Of a stretch of DNA of 64,000 nt, positions 51,993 through 61,057 are shown one piece after another. The first letter of the stretch is position 1, and each line of letters opens with the position of its first letter. This stretch comes from Acidimicrobiaceae bacterium (GTDB lineage: Bacteria > Actinomycetota > Acidimicrobiia > Acidimicrobiales > Aldehydirespiratoraceae), in assembly GCA_026708645.1 (NCBI GenBank), contig JAPOUM010000001.1:52258-116257 (forward strand), given 5' to 3'. A program made the position numbers and the translations under genes. A model generated the notes under the pieces. The model saw only the letters and a program-made list of their open reading frames with translations, did not search any database and was not told the DNA's origin.

Positions 51993-53117
51993 CTAGAATA
52001 GTGATGGTTGACTTGACGGACTTACTATACTAGAGATGTGGGCAGAGCTGCTCGGTGATTTTGCGGTGGTTTGATCGATATAGGGTGATGTGATCCGATC
52101 AACGCCGTGTTTGGGGCCGGCGACTACGACGTACTCCAGGTTTCGCAGGTGGGAGACTTCGCCTACGCGCTCGCCGTTAAGTGAATGTATGCCGATCTGA
52201 GCGCCCACATAGCGTTTGGAGTCGAATGCCAACGGACGGACAGCTTCGTAATCTGAACAAAAGTCTGTCAATTGATCCAGTGTCAGCCATGACTCATTGT
52301 TGTAGGAGAGTATCAGATACTCAGTGTTCAGAGATTTGATGGTCGATTCCAATGCTTGAGGCATGGATCGTTTTTGATTGAATAAGCTCTTGGTACTGTC
52401 ATCTTTGCAGTCGATTCTCTTGCAAGCGGTGCCGTAGTGTTGTGGGGAGTCCCAAGCGACGAGAGTCTCATATATGTGGTAGTTGCAGAAATAGCGGTGC
52501 TGGTTGTAGGGAGGGTCAAGATAAGCGAGATCGAAATCTCCGAGCTGGGACGCTAGTTTCATTGCATCTCCGCGAATGGTGACTCCGTCGCCGTGGATCA
52601 GTTCAGGGACTCTGAGTTCGAGATCCTTGAAGGACCTTTGTGCCCAAGACTTCAGGTATGCCATTTGCACAGCGGTAGTCGAGTCGACGCGGTCAGCGGC
52701 CAAGATCAAGCTTGTCAATAGGATTGGATAGAGCGTTGAGTCTTTGTAGTCGCTTTCGATAGCGTTGCGTATCGCATCAATGCGTCCACCATTGCGCGGC
52801 TGGAAGAATCGCGATTGCCGACAGAACGTTTCAGTGAAATAGCCCGGATCCGGCTTCAGATCCGACAGGCGACGGACAGCGTCGCGCAAATCAGACTGAT
52901 TGACCTGTGATGCACAAGTGGAGATCCAGCACTTGCTGAAGACTTCAGAGTATCGGGCGCTGTCGACTGCTGTCACATGAGCGCCTCGGGCTTTGAGGGC
53001 TTGGGCGACGCGGGTCGTTCCCGTGAAGAGGTCGAGGACTCGCTGGGCGCCGCTTCGCGAAACGAGGTCGACGAGCGTCGGAACCAAGCGCCGTTTCGAG
53101 CCGAGATATTTGATCAT
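51993..53117 (-). CDS. Site-specific DNA adenine methyltransferase (Dam-like, alpha-class/D12)
   Basis: N-terminal IKYLGSKRRL, SAM motif VLDLFTGTTRV, catalytic motif AYLDPPYN. The motif order (I before IV) is that of alpha-class N6A methyltransferases. Confidence 0.85.
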   Translation of the reverse strand: MIKYLGSKRRLVPTLVDLVSRSGAQRVLDLFTGTTRVAQALKARGAHVTAVDSARYSEVFSKCWISTCASQVNQSDLRDAVRRLSDLKPDPGYFTETFCRQSRFFQPRNGGRIDAIRNAIESDYKDSTLYPILLTSLILAADRVDSTTAVQMAYLKSWAQRSFKDLELRVPELIHGDGVTIRGDAMKLASQLGDFDLAYLDPPYNQHRYFCNYHIYETLVAWDSPQHYGTACKRIDCKDDSTKSLFNQKRSMPQALESTIKSLNTEYLILSYNNESWLTLDQLTDFCSDYEAVRPLAFDSKRYVGAQIGIHSLNGERVGEVSHLRNLEYVVVAGPKHGVDRITSPYIDQTTAKSPSSSAHISSIVSPSSQPSLF

Positions 53118-53311
53118 TGCTGTTCACCCTAGGCTGAAGTCACAGAGTTCGACCGTGCATCCCGGCAGGGCACGCGTGCAGGAGCCATAGCGGCTGAACC
53201 TATCGACGCGCCGGGGCGCTCTGGTGGATGCAGCGCTCTTCATACTCTCACAGACGGCCCGATGCTTAGTCGCGGAGACTCCCCGGAGCGCGCCGGCGTC
53301 TCAGCGGCTGC

Positions 53312-54409
53312 TCAGGGCAGTGGAGGCAGAACGTCGGTGGCTTGCTGGCGCAGCCAGTGATCGGCCAGCACCAGCAGGGCCATGGCCTCCACCACGGGCG
53401 CGGCACGGGGCAGCACGCAAGGGTCGTGGCGGCCGCGGGCGGCCAGGGTGGCGGCCTCACCGTCGCGGGTCACGGTCCGCTGCTCGGAAGCGATGGTGGC
53501 GGTCGGCTTGAACGCCACCCGAAAGAGCACGTCCTCGCCGTTGGAGATGCCGCCTTGCACGCCGCCGGAACGGTTGGTCGCGGTGCGGATCTCCCCGCTG
53601 TCGCCGGTGACGAACTCGTCGTTGTGCTGCGATCCGCTGAGCCGGGCGCCGCCGAAGCCGCTGCCGATCTCGAAACCTTTCGCGGCCGGAAGCGACAGCA
53701 TCGCAGCCGCCAGAGAGGCCTCCAGCTTGTCGAAAACCGGCTCGCCCAGACCCGCGGGCACGCCCCGACACACGCACTGCACCACGCCGCCGAGGGAGTC
53801 GCCGTCGCGCCGGGCCGCCTCGATGGCTGCGGTCATGCGCTCGGCGGCGCCCGGGTCGGGGCAGCGGGTGGGCCCGGCCTCCACGTCCGCGACAGTGACA
53901 GCGGCCGGGTCGGCGTCGGCGGCGATGTCGCGCACCGACTGGACCCAGCCCAGCACCTCCATCCCGGCCGTGGCGCGCAGCAGTTTGCGGGCGACGGCGG
54001 CGGCCGCGACCCGGCCCACGGTCTCGCGCGCCGAGGCCCGGCCCCCGCCGGCCCAGTCGCGCAAGCCGTATTTGGCGTCGTAGGTGTAGTCGGCGTGCGA
54101 CGGCCGGTAGACGTCGCGCAGCTGCTCGTAGGCTTCGGGCCGGGCGTCGGAGTTGCGCACCAGGATCGCTATCGGGGTTCCCGTGGTGCGGCCGCCGAAG
54201 ACCCCCGACAGTACCTCCGCAGTGTCGGACTCGTCGCGCTGGGTGACCAGCCGGCTCTGTCCGGGGCGCCGCCGGTCCAGGTCGGCCTGTATGTCGGCGG
54301 GCGCCAAGGGCAGCCTGGGCGGGCAGCCGTCGACCACCACCCCGACCCCGCCGCCGTGCGACTCGCCGAAAGTGGTCACCCGGAACAAGGTCCCGAAAGT
54401 GCTGCTCAT
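53312..54409 (-). CDS. aroC: Chorismate synthase
   Basis: Motifs [53 protein letters not shown] ggaggg precedes ATG 54409. Confidence 0.95.
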   Translation of the reverse strand: MSSTFGTLFRVTTFGESHGGGVGVVVDGCPPRLPLAPADIQADLDRRRPGQSRLVTQRDESDTAEVLSGVFGGRTTGTPIAILVRNSDARPEAYEQLRDVYRPSHADYTYDAKYGLRDWAGGGRASARETVGRVAAAAVARKLLRATAGMEVLGWVQSVRDIAADADPAAVTVADVEAGPTRCPDPGAAERMTAAIEAARRDGDSLGGVVQCVCRGVPAGLGEPVFDKLEASLAAAMLSLPAAKGFEIGSGFGGARLSGSQHNDEFVTGDSGEIRTATNRSGGVQGGISNGEDVLFRVAFKPTATIASEQRTVTRDGEAATLAARGRHDPCVLPRAAPVVEAMALLVLADHWLRQQATDVLPPLP

Positions 54410-54712
54410 CCCCTCCATCCTACGGAACATCCTCACGCCCGATACGACCGACACTGCCCCTATACTCCCCACTTGGCACAGATCGCGACATAGGAAGCAG
54501 AAACTTGGAACGCAAACGCCGCCTGCCAGGGCCTGACGGCAATGCTTGGGGCTTGGGCGATTCGCAGGAGGCAGCGCTCGACGATTTGAAGTCTGTATCT
54601 GATCGGCTGGGCCAGCCTCAAGTTAGAGGACGGAGACGACGACATCCCCAGCATGGAGGGCGTTAATCTTGTTCTGAGCAGATGGATGTCGTCTCGGGGG
54701 TGGTCGGTGTGA

Positions 54713-56071
54713 CTACAGTTCCAGCAGGGCTTGCTCCACCACCTCGGGCAGGGCGGGATGGATGTAGTACTGCCCGCGGGCCATCTGCTCGACGGTCAGG
54801 TCGAAATGCATTCCTTGCACGAGCTGCTGGATCAGCGTCGAGGCCTGAGGTCCGATGATGTGCGCGCCGAGCAGGCGGCGCGTCTCGGCGTCGGCGATCA
54901 CTTTGACGGCACTCTCGGTGTCCTCCATGGCCCAGCCGTAGGCGGCTGCTGCGAACGGTTGCACGTGGCTGCGGTAGCGCAGAGAGCGCTGCCGGCATTC
55001 CCGCTCGGTGAGGCCGACGCCGGCCACCTGGGGGTTGCCGAACACGGCGTGGGGGATGAAACGATGATCGACTCTGGCAGGGTCGTCGGCGTTGGTCAGA
55101 TTGTGGCGCACCACACGCGCCTCGTGGTTGGCGACGTGCTTGAGCTGCACCGGATTGGTCACGTCGCCGAGTGCCCACACGTTCTCGGCTGTGGTGCGGA
55201 GCTGGTCGTCGGTGACCACGTAACCGTCGGGGTCGGCGCCGATTCCGGCGGCGTCCAGGTCGAGCCGGTCTCCGTTGGGGACGCGGCCCGCAGCGACCAG
55301 CAGTTCGTCGGCTCGCAGCTCGTGCTCACCGGCAGAGTCCTCGACGCGCAGCACGATCTCGGCGCCTTCCCGTCGGACGGAGTGAACCCGTGTGTCGAAC
55401 CGCACATCGAAACGCCCGCGGTACGCCTCAGTGAAGCGGCGACGGATCTCGTCGTCCTCGCGGCGCAGGAAAGTGTCGCCTCGCAGCACGAAAGTCACAT
55501 GCGATCCGAAAGCGCCGAAAACCGAACCCAGCTCAGCTGCGATATAGCCGCCGCCCAAGATCACCAGCCGCTCGGGGAGGGCGTCGATGCGCATGATCGT
55601 GTCGGAGGTGTGGTAGCCGCAGTCGGCGAGCCCCGCGATGGCGGGGACGGCGGGCCGGGCGCCTGCCGCCACCACGATCCTGGAAGCGGTGACGACCTCG
55701 TCGCCGACCGCCACCCGGCGAAGCCCTGTGAATCGCGCCGAGTCGCGCAACACGGTCACGTTGGGCAGCCCCATTCGGTAGTCGAGCCCGCCGGCGGCGA
55801 TCGGGTCGATCCGTCCGAAGATCCGGTCGCGCACCGCGAGCCAGTCGGCGCCGCCGAAGCTGGTGCTCAGGCCGAGCCGTTCGGACTCGGCGGCCAGCGA
55901 AGCGATCTCCGCGGCGTAGACGAACATCTTGGAGGGGATGCAGCCCACGTTGAGGCAGGTGCCGCCGAACGAGCCGTGCTCGGCTATTGCGATGTCCCAG
56001 TCCTCGTGCTCGGGACCGATCACCGAGTTGCCCGAGCCCGCGCCGATGATCAGCAGATCGAAATGCCTCAT
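54713..56071 (-). CDS. mtr: Mycothione reductase-like pyridine nucleotide-disulfide oxidoreductase
   Basis: Motifs FDLLIIGAGSGNS and the redox-active disulfide GGTCLNVGCIPSK, with a C-terminal dimerisation domain containing HP. Assignment to Mtr rather than other family members rests on recalled similarity. Confidence 0.75.
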   Translation of the reverse strand: MRHFDLLIIGAGSGNSVIGPEHEDWDIAIAEHGSFGGTCLNVGCIPSKMFVYAAEIASLAAESERLGLSTSFGGADWLAVRDRIFGRIDPIAAGGLDYRMGLPNVTVLRDSARFTGLRRVAVGDEVVTASRIVVAAGARPAVPAIAGLADCGYHTSDTIMRIDALPERLVILGGGYIAAELGSVFGAFGSHVTFVLRGDTFLRREDDEIRRRFTEAYRGRFDVRFDTRVHSVRREGAEIVLRVEDSAGEHELRADELLVAAGRVPNGDRLDLDAAGIGADPDGYVVTDDQLRTTAENVWALGDVTNPVQLKHVANHEARVVRHNLTNADDPARVDHRFIPHAVFGNPQVAGVGLTERECRQRSLRYRSHVQPFAAAAYGWAMEDTESAVKVIADAETRRLLGAHIIGPQASTLIQQLVQGMHFDLTVEQMARGQYYIHPALPEVVEQALLEL

Positions 56072-56172
56072 CAGGCAGGTCACAATAGCTGTCGATAGCC
56101 GCCGGAGGCGCGGCTCTGCGCGCCTGTCGCTGATCGGCGGCAATGTTCTTGGCGATGATCTTGTCTCGGTTG

Positions 56173-56563
56173 TGGAGCTGGGGAGAATCGAACTCCCGTC
56201 CGTCAGGCGGACACCGGGATCGCTACGACCATTCCCGAGAGTCGCAGCTTGCGGCTGCCGCCACGCCGGGTCGTGTGGATCCCAGGGGATCCCGCCGCCG
56301 GATCTTTCTCCGATGTCAGCGGTCTTTGCCTGCCGTCAGCGGGTCTCTCCCCGCCGTCCACCGCTGCTTCTGGTGCCAGGCTGCAGCGGTCAGGCCCCGC
56401 GTGCCATTGCTGGTCGCGATGATTCTTGCAGCTAGATCAGATCAGGCTGCGAGAACGAGATCGTCGTTTTCGGCGTCTCTGGGGGTGCCCTGTTTAAGGA
56501 GTCTGAGCAACTCCGGTCGCACTCCGCGGCTTCCTAGTCCCGACGTCGAAACCGGTCAGCCCC
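56173..56563 (-). ncRNA. ssrA: tmRNA (SsrA); tag reading frame encodes AENDDLVLAA
   Basis: Minus-strand 5' end is GGGGCTGACCGGTTTCGACG. The 3' tRNA-like end is GGACGGGAGTTCGATTCTCCCCAGCTCCA, with a G3:U pair in the acceptor stem. Resume codon GCC at 56472-74 and stop at 56442-44. CCA is not encoded (the next bases are CAA). Confidence 0.93.
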
Positions 56564-56711
56564 GTGATGCAGTAGAGGTTTTCAAGCTGCGTCCCCCTGG
56601 GGGGGGGCTCACCACGTTACCCGCACCCAGCGACACTCAGCATCGCGCACGACAGCAGCAGAGCACCGAATAGCGAGCGACAAGAGCGTCCGTCACGCGT
56701 GGCATACAAGC

Positions 56712-56999
56712 GTGGCTACAATTGTGTGCATGTCCAGTGAGTCGCTGCGAGAAGTCAGGTCTCGGTTCTCAGAGTTCGTCGAGCGGGTGAACCGACATCA
56801 CGAGCGGGTGGTGATATCTCGCAACGGCTCACCGGCAGCCGTGCTGATGAGCCCAGAAGACTTGGATTCGCTCGAGGAGACTCTGGCAGTGCTGAGCGAC
56901 AGCGCAGCTGTCGAGGACTTGGCCGAAGCTCACCGGGCATACTTTGAGGGAGACGTCGTGCGCGGAGTCGAGGCTGTCAGGGCGCTGCGCCACGCATGA
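56712..56999 (+). CDS. Phd/YefM-family type II antitoxin
   Basis: LREVRSRFSEFVERVNRHHERVVISRNGSPAAVLMSPEDLDSLEETLAVLSD. Probable start ATG 56730. ATGA overlap with the toxin gene. Confidence 0.88.
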   Translation: MATIVCMSSESLREVRSRFSEFVERVNRHHERVVISRNGSPAAVLMSPEDLDSLEETLAVLSDSAAVEDLAEAHRAYFEGDVVRGVEAVRALRHA

Positions 57000-57295
57000 G
57001 CGGCAGCCGCTACGAGGACAGCCGCTATGAGATAGTCGTAACCAAGCCGGCGGCTGTAAGCATCGCGGAGAAGCTGTCGGCCGCGGTGGCTGCCGCGGTC
57101 ATCGAATTGAGCACCGGTCCCATGCTCGACAACCCGCGCCGGGTAGGCGCAGCATTGCGCAACGACTTGGAGGGCCTGTGGAGCGCTCGCCGGGGCACTT
57201 ATCGCGTTGTTTATCGGATCGACGAGGAGCGCCGCGAGGTTGTGATCCTGAGGGTGGCGCATCGCCGAGAAGCTGCCTGCCTCAGGCGTGACTGA
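56996..57295 (+). CDS. RelE/ParE-family type II toxin
   Basis: C-terminal GTYRVVYRIDEERREVVILRVAHRREA is typical of RelE/ParE toxins. Confidence 0.85.
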   Translation: MSGSRYEDSRYEIVVTKPAAVSIAEKLSAAVAAAVIELSTGPMLDNPRRVGAALRNDLEGLWSARRGTYRVVYRIDEERREVVILRVAHRREAACLRRD

Positions 57296-57324
57296 GAGCA
57301 GAACAGAACAGATCCCGTGGCGTG

Positions 57325-57840
57325 TCATGGTCGGCCGTTGCGGCTTCGGCGGCGTTTGGCTGCCGCCATCGACCGGGCGGCTTCGGCGGCGGCGTCGCGT
57401 TCGGCGATGTCGCGCCTGCGGTCGGCGCGGCTGCGACCGCGCGCCAAAGCCAAAGCAATCTTGGCTCGACTGCCGACGAAATACAGCGCCAGCGGCACCA
57501 GGGTCAGGCGCTGCTGGTCGATGCGCGAGGCGAGACGCTGAATCTCGCTGCGGTGAGCCAGCAGCTTGCGGACCCGGTCGGGTTCGGAGCGGAACGCAGC
57601 CGAGGCGTGCGAATACGCTGAGATGTGAAGGTTGTGCAACCAGAGTTCTCCGCGATCGATGCGCGCCCAGCTCTCGGCGATCTGAACGCTGCCCTCGCGC
57701 AGCGACTTGACCTCGCTGCCTTGCAGCACCAGACCCGTCTCGAGGGTCTCGATGATCTCGTAGTCGCGACGGGCGCGACGGTTGGCCGCCACCAGCGACG
57801 CCCCTGGCGGCACGTCGCGCGGTTTCTGCGACTTGGCCAT
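57325..57840 (-). CDS. smpB: SsrA-binding protein
   Basis: Motifs NRRARRDYEI, TGLVLQGSEVKSLR, LHISAY, RKLLAHRSEI and a basic C-terminal tail. Start ATG 57840. The upstream part of the track ORF was rejected. Confidence 0.93.
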   Translation of the reverse strand: MAKSQKPRDVPPGASLVAANRRARRDYEIIETLETGLVLQGSEVKSLREGSVQIAESWARIDRGELWLHNLHISAYSHASAAFRSEPDRVRKLLAHRSEIQRLASRIDQQRLTLVPLALYFVGSRAKIALALARGRSRADRRRDIAERDAAAEAARSMAAAKRRRSRNGRP

Positions 57841-58089
57841 GAAGTTCACGGTAGCGCTGCCGTTGTTGTGGCTGTCGCCGAAGCCTTCCGCGGCGCGGCG
57901 GCGGCGGCCACCGACGCCGGCGAGGGCGCAGCAGACTGGAGCCGTCAAAGCTCGGAAGTGAGCAAGTCGGTCACGGCGAGGCGATAATGCCCGGGCGAGA
58001 ATCGCCCGAGCGCGTGCCCTAGCGGCGCCGCCGGTCGAGTCCAGCCTCGACCCTGTCGCCAAGGAACCACCCAACAGAAAGCCGAGCCC

Positions 58090-58551
58090 ATGGTCAATCC
58101 GATTTCTGACAGATACCCGCGCGTTTCGACTTATCTGTGCGTGGACGGGGCGTCTGAGGCCATCGACTTCTACACCAGTGTTCTGGGTTTCGAGGAAGGC
58201 CGCCGCATGGTCTTCGACGGTCGAGTGGGCCATGCCGAGCTGCGTCTCGGGGACTCGGTGGTCATGCTGTCAGACGAATGGCCCGACATGGACGTGCGAA
58301 GCCCGAAGGCATTCGGCGGGACGGCCGTGGCGATGAGCGTGAGGGTCACAGACTGCGACGCCGTCTATGCGGCCGCTCTGGCTGCCGGTGCCGACGAGCT
58401 GCGGCCTCCCGAAGATCAGTTCTACGGCGACCGTGCCGGTCAGTTCACCGACCCTTGGGGTCACAGGTGGAGCGTCCACACCCAAATCGAAGAAGTCGAC
58501 GACGCGGAACTCGATCGCCGCGCCGCTGAGATGATGGGCGCAAGCGAGTGA
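58090..58551 (+). CDS. VOC/glyoxalase-family protein (PhnB-like)
   Basis: Motifs YLCVDGASEAIDFYTSVLGF, GHAELRLGDSVVMLSDEWP, QFYGDRAGQFTDPWGHRW. Confidence 0.85.
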   Translation: MVNPISDRYPRVSTYLCVDGASEAIDFYTSVLGFEEGRRMVFDGRVGHAELRLGDSVVMLSDEWPDMDVRSPKAFGGTAVAMSVRVTDCDAVYAAALAAGADELRPPEDQFYGDRAGQFTDPWGHRWSVHTQIEEVDDAELDRRAAEMMGASE

Positions 58552-59168
58552 GCGTCGGGCGACAGTCGCTGGCCGTGCTCGACCTCGAGGGCGTGCTCAC
58601 CCCCGAAATATGGATCGCCGTGGCCGAGCGCACCGGTCTCGACTCGCTGCGCCGCACCACCCGAGACGAGCCCGACATCGACGCGCTCTTCAGCGGCAGG
58701 ATCGAAGCGCTCGACGCGGCCGGCATCAAGCTCGACGCGATCTTGGAAGTGATCGAGGGCATGACGCCTCTGGAGGGCGCCGTCGACTTTCTGGGAGAGC
58801 TGCGGTCGCGGCTGCCGGTGCTGGTGCTGTCGGACACTTTCGAGCAGTTCGGCCGCCCGCTGACGGCCAAACTCGGCGAGCCGGCGATGCTGTGCCATCG
58901 GCTGATCGAGCAGGACGGACGTCTGGCCGGCTACCGGCTGCGCATCGCCAACCAGAAGCAGCGAGCCGTCGAAGCCTTCCAGTCGCTGAACTATCGGGTG
59001 GTGGCCGTGGGCGACTCCTACAACGATGTGACCATGCTGACCCAAGCCGACGCCGGGGTGCTGTTCCGGGCCTCCGCGAAAGTCGCCTCCGAGCATCCGC
59101 AGTTCCCGAGCTGCGACGCTTATCGGGACCTGCTCGCAATCATCGACGAGTGGATAGCCGCCGCTTGA
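58548..59168 (+). CDS. thrH: HAD-family phosphoserine phosphatase/homoserine phosphotransferase (ThrH-like)
   Basis: Colinear with recalled Pseudomonas ThrH (LDLEGVL.PEIWIA.AE.TG, PLEGAV.F, LSDTF.EF..PL, GDSYND..ML). Confidence 0.8.
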   Translation: MSVGRQSLAVLDLEGVLTPEIWIAVAERTGLDSLRRTTRDEPDIDALFSGRIEALDAAGIKLDAILEVIEGMTPLEGAVDFLGELRSRLPVLVLSDTFEQFGRPLTAKLGEPAMLCHRLIEQDGRLAGYRLRIANQKQRAVEAFQSLNYRVVAVGDSYNDVTMLTQADAGVLFRASAKVASEHPQFPSCDAYRDLLAIIDEWIAAA

Positions 59169-59205
59169 GCGCCGCCGCGGGCCGATCGCCCGAGCGGACG
59201 GGGTT

Positions 59206-59835
59206 TCAGGCGCCTGAGTAGTCTGGGTTGTTCCAGACGATCAGCGAAGCCCAGTTGCCCACAGCCGGATCTCGTATGTAGTCGGCGATGACGCCTCTGG
59301 CCTCGAATCCGTTGGAGAGCTGCATGGTGAGCGTGGCGTCGTAAAGATCGCCTGCGGCGACCTTGTCGACGTAGGCGGCTGCCGACATGTCCCCGATGTG
59401 CGCCGCGTAGCCGGGTATCACACCGCCTGCGACGATGCCGGCGAGATCTAGGTCACGGCAGATCTGCTTGCGCATGTCATAGAGGCGCCGGCCGATGCCC
59501 TGTCGTCGGTACTGCGGCAGCACCGCGATGCTGGTCCCGTAATACCAGGACCCGTCGGCGACATGGCCGGAGCCGCCGTCGGCGCCTGTCAGGTCGCCTA
59601 TGGAATGCTGTGTGCGGCTGAAGTCGAAGTCGATGCGGATGCCGAGGCCCATCGCCACTGGAGTGTCGCCGTCGAGCACCACGACGCCGCCTTCGGGGAA
59701 GTCGTCTGCCAGGGCACGCAACTCCTTCGCGTTGTAGAGGTCGGCCCGATCAGCGGTAGGGAACGAGCTGTGCTCGATGTGCTCGAGCGCCTCGGCCCAT
59801 TCAGGGAGGATCTGTGTGTAGACGAGCTCGGTCAC
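59206..59835 (-). CDS. GNAT-family N-acetyltransferase
   Basis: Acetyl-CoA binding motif AVLPQYRRQGIGRRLY. 4-bp overlap with the upstream C45 gene. Confidence 0.75.
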   Translation of the reverse strand: MTELVYTQILPEWAEALEHIEHSSFPTADRADLYNAKELRALADDFPEGGVVVLDGDTPVAMGLGIRIDFDFSRTQHSIGDLTGADGGSGHVADGSWYYGTSIAVLPQYRRQGIGRRLYDMRKQICRDLDLAGIVAGGVIPGYAAHIGDMSAAAYVDKVAAGDLYDATLTMQLSNGFEARGVIADYIRDPAVGNWASLIVWNNPDYSGA

Positions 59836-60989
59836 AGCGTCGGACTCGCATGCTCTCTAAGCCGGAGATGCTGGTAGCTGTTCTCGCTGGGCAGCCCCCA
59901 GCAGGCCCAGAAGTCGCTGCTGGCGGGCCGCATCAACACAGCTCCGCCGGTCTCGATCCGGTATCGGGAGTCAGGCCGGCGACAGATGGCGCCGGGCTCG
60001 CGTGTCAGTTCCATGAGCTGCTCGACGTTGATCGGCGCAGCGTCGAACGGTTCAGCGCCAGCGCCGGCAGACGCGCTTTTGCTGCCGTTCAGGAGCTTGG
60101 CGGCCAACTCCAGACGATGCTTCGAGTCGGCCATCAGGCCGGCGTCGCGTTCGCCCTCGAACCGCAGCGCCTCAAGGCATGTCGCATGGTTGGTGTGAAC
60201 CAGCGGGACAGTCCCCAGCGGCTGCACCGGACGAGCCGAGGGCATGGCCTCGACGTTGAAACCGACCCCGGTGGAGTCGAGGATCAGATAGTTGTGGGCG
60301 CCCGCCAAGTCAGCCCCCAGTAGCACGTCGAGCGCTTCGGCGGCGCTCGACCGGGTCAGCATCTCGCGCATCACCGTCGGCCAAGTCACGCCGAAGCCTC
60401 CGTCGTTGCATATCAGGTTGTTGATACCCACGCACACGCCCTCTGTGTTCATGCCGATCTGACCCAGACACCCCACAGTGGTGAAAACAACGGCGGCAGG
60501 CCCGGCGTCGGGTCGCAGGCGCGCCAGCACCACATGGTCGGTGGCAGTGTCGTGCATGTCCCAGGTCTGCCCCAACAGAGCGGCCGCGCCCTCGGCTCTC
60601 GACGCGGGCACCATGAAGGCGGTGCAGTCGTCTTCGGCGACGGTCACGGGATGAGCGCCGGTCGCAGCGGCGCGCACCGTGTCGACGAAGTCGGTGAATC
60701 CGCCCGCCACTATCGCTTCGGCCGGGGTTATCCGCGCGGCGGAAGCCATCGACAGCATCTCGGCGTGGAGCCGGGGCGAGAACGCCTCATGGGCGTCGAG
60801 GCAGGCTTCGGCCAGCTCCAGCACGGCGCCGCGTTTCAGTGGCCCGCCGCTCCACAGGCCTCCAGCGACCAGCTCGATCCGGTCGTGGGCGTAGCGGCGG
60901 ATCTCATCCGCGTGAGCCTTCCCGTGGGCGTGCCCCATGGCCTCGGGTGATCCGGCCAGTTCGAGCTGCCTGATCGGCGGACGGCTCAT
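59832..60989 (-). CDS. Peptidase C45 / acyl-CoA:6-aminopenicillanic-acid acyltransferase-like (Ntn hydrolase) protein
   Basis: Putative self-cleaving nucleophile context AEDDCTAFMV and GQTWDMHD. Confidence 0.7.
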   Translation of the reverse strand: MSRPPIRQLELAGSPEAMGHAHGKAHADEIRRYAHDRIELVAGGLWSGGPLKRGAVLELAEACLDAHEAFSPRLHAEMLSMASAARITPAEAIVAGGFTDFVDTVRAAATGAHPVTVAEDDCTAFMVPASRAEGAAALLGQTWDMHDTATDHVVLARLRPDAGPAAVVFTTVGCLGQIGMNTEGVCVGINNLICNDGGFGVTWPTVMREMLTRSSAAEALDVLLGADLAGAHNYLILDSTGVGFNVEAMPSARPVQPLGTVPLVHTNHATCLEALRFEGERDAGLMADSKHRLELAAKLLNGSKSASAGAGAEPFDAAPINVEQLMELTREPGAICRRPDSRYRIETGGAVLMRPASSDFWACWGLPSENSYQHLRLREHASPTL

Positions 60990-61057
60990 GCAGGCAGATT
61001 ACCTCCCGGAAGGCGTGCCGGCGGGCGCGGCCCGACTCGTCGGCTCGGCCTTTAGCA

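Larger units (their letters stand above)
51394..53200. other. Low-GC islet (probable horizontally acquired cassette) carrying a Type II R-M pair
   Basis: Base composition drops abruptly by eye to roughly half G+C between the gcvT stop and the aroC 3' flank. No integrase, tRNA or clear direct repeats seen. Confidence 0.7.

Noticed and set aside
54410-54712. 64-aa minus-strand ORF (54460..54654) and an imperfect long-loop inverted repeat (gacgacatcc...ggatgtcgtc) between aroC and mtr.
   Set aside because: The ORF has no SD or similarity to anything I recognise. The stem has a loop of about 33 nt and no U-tract, so it is not a convincing terminator or sRNA.
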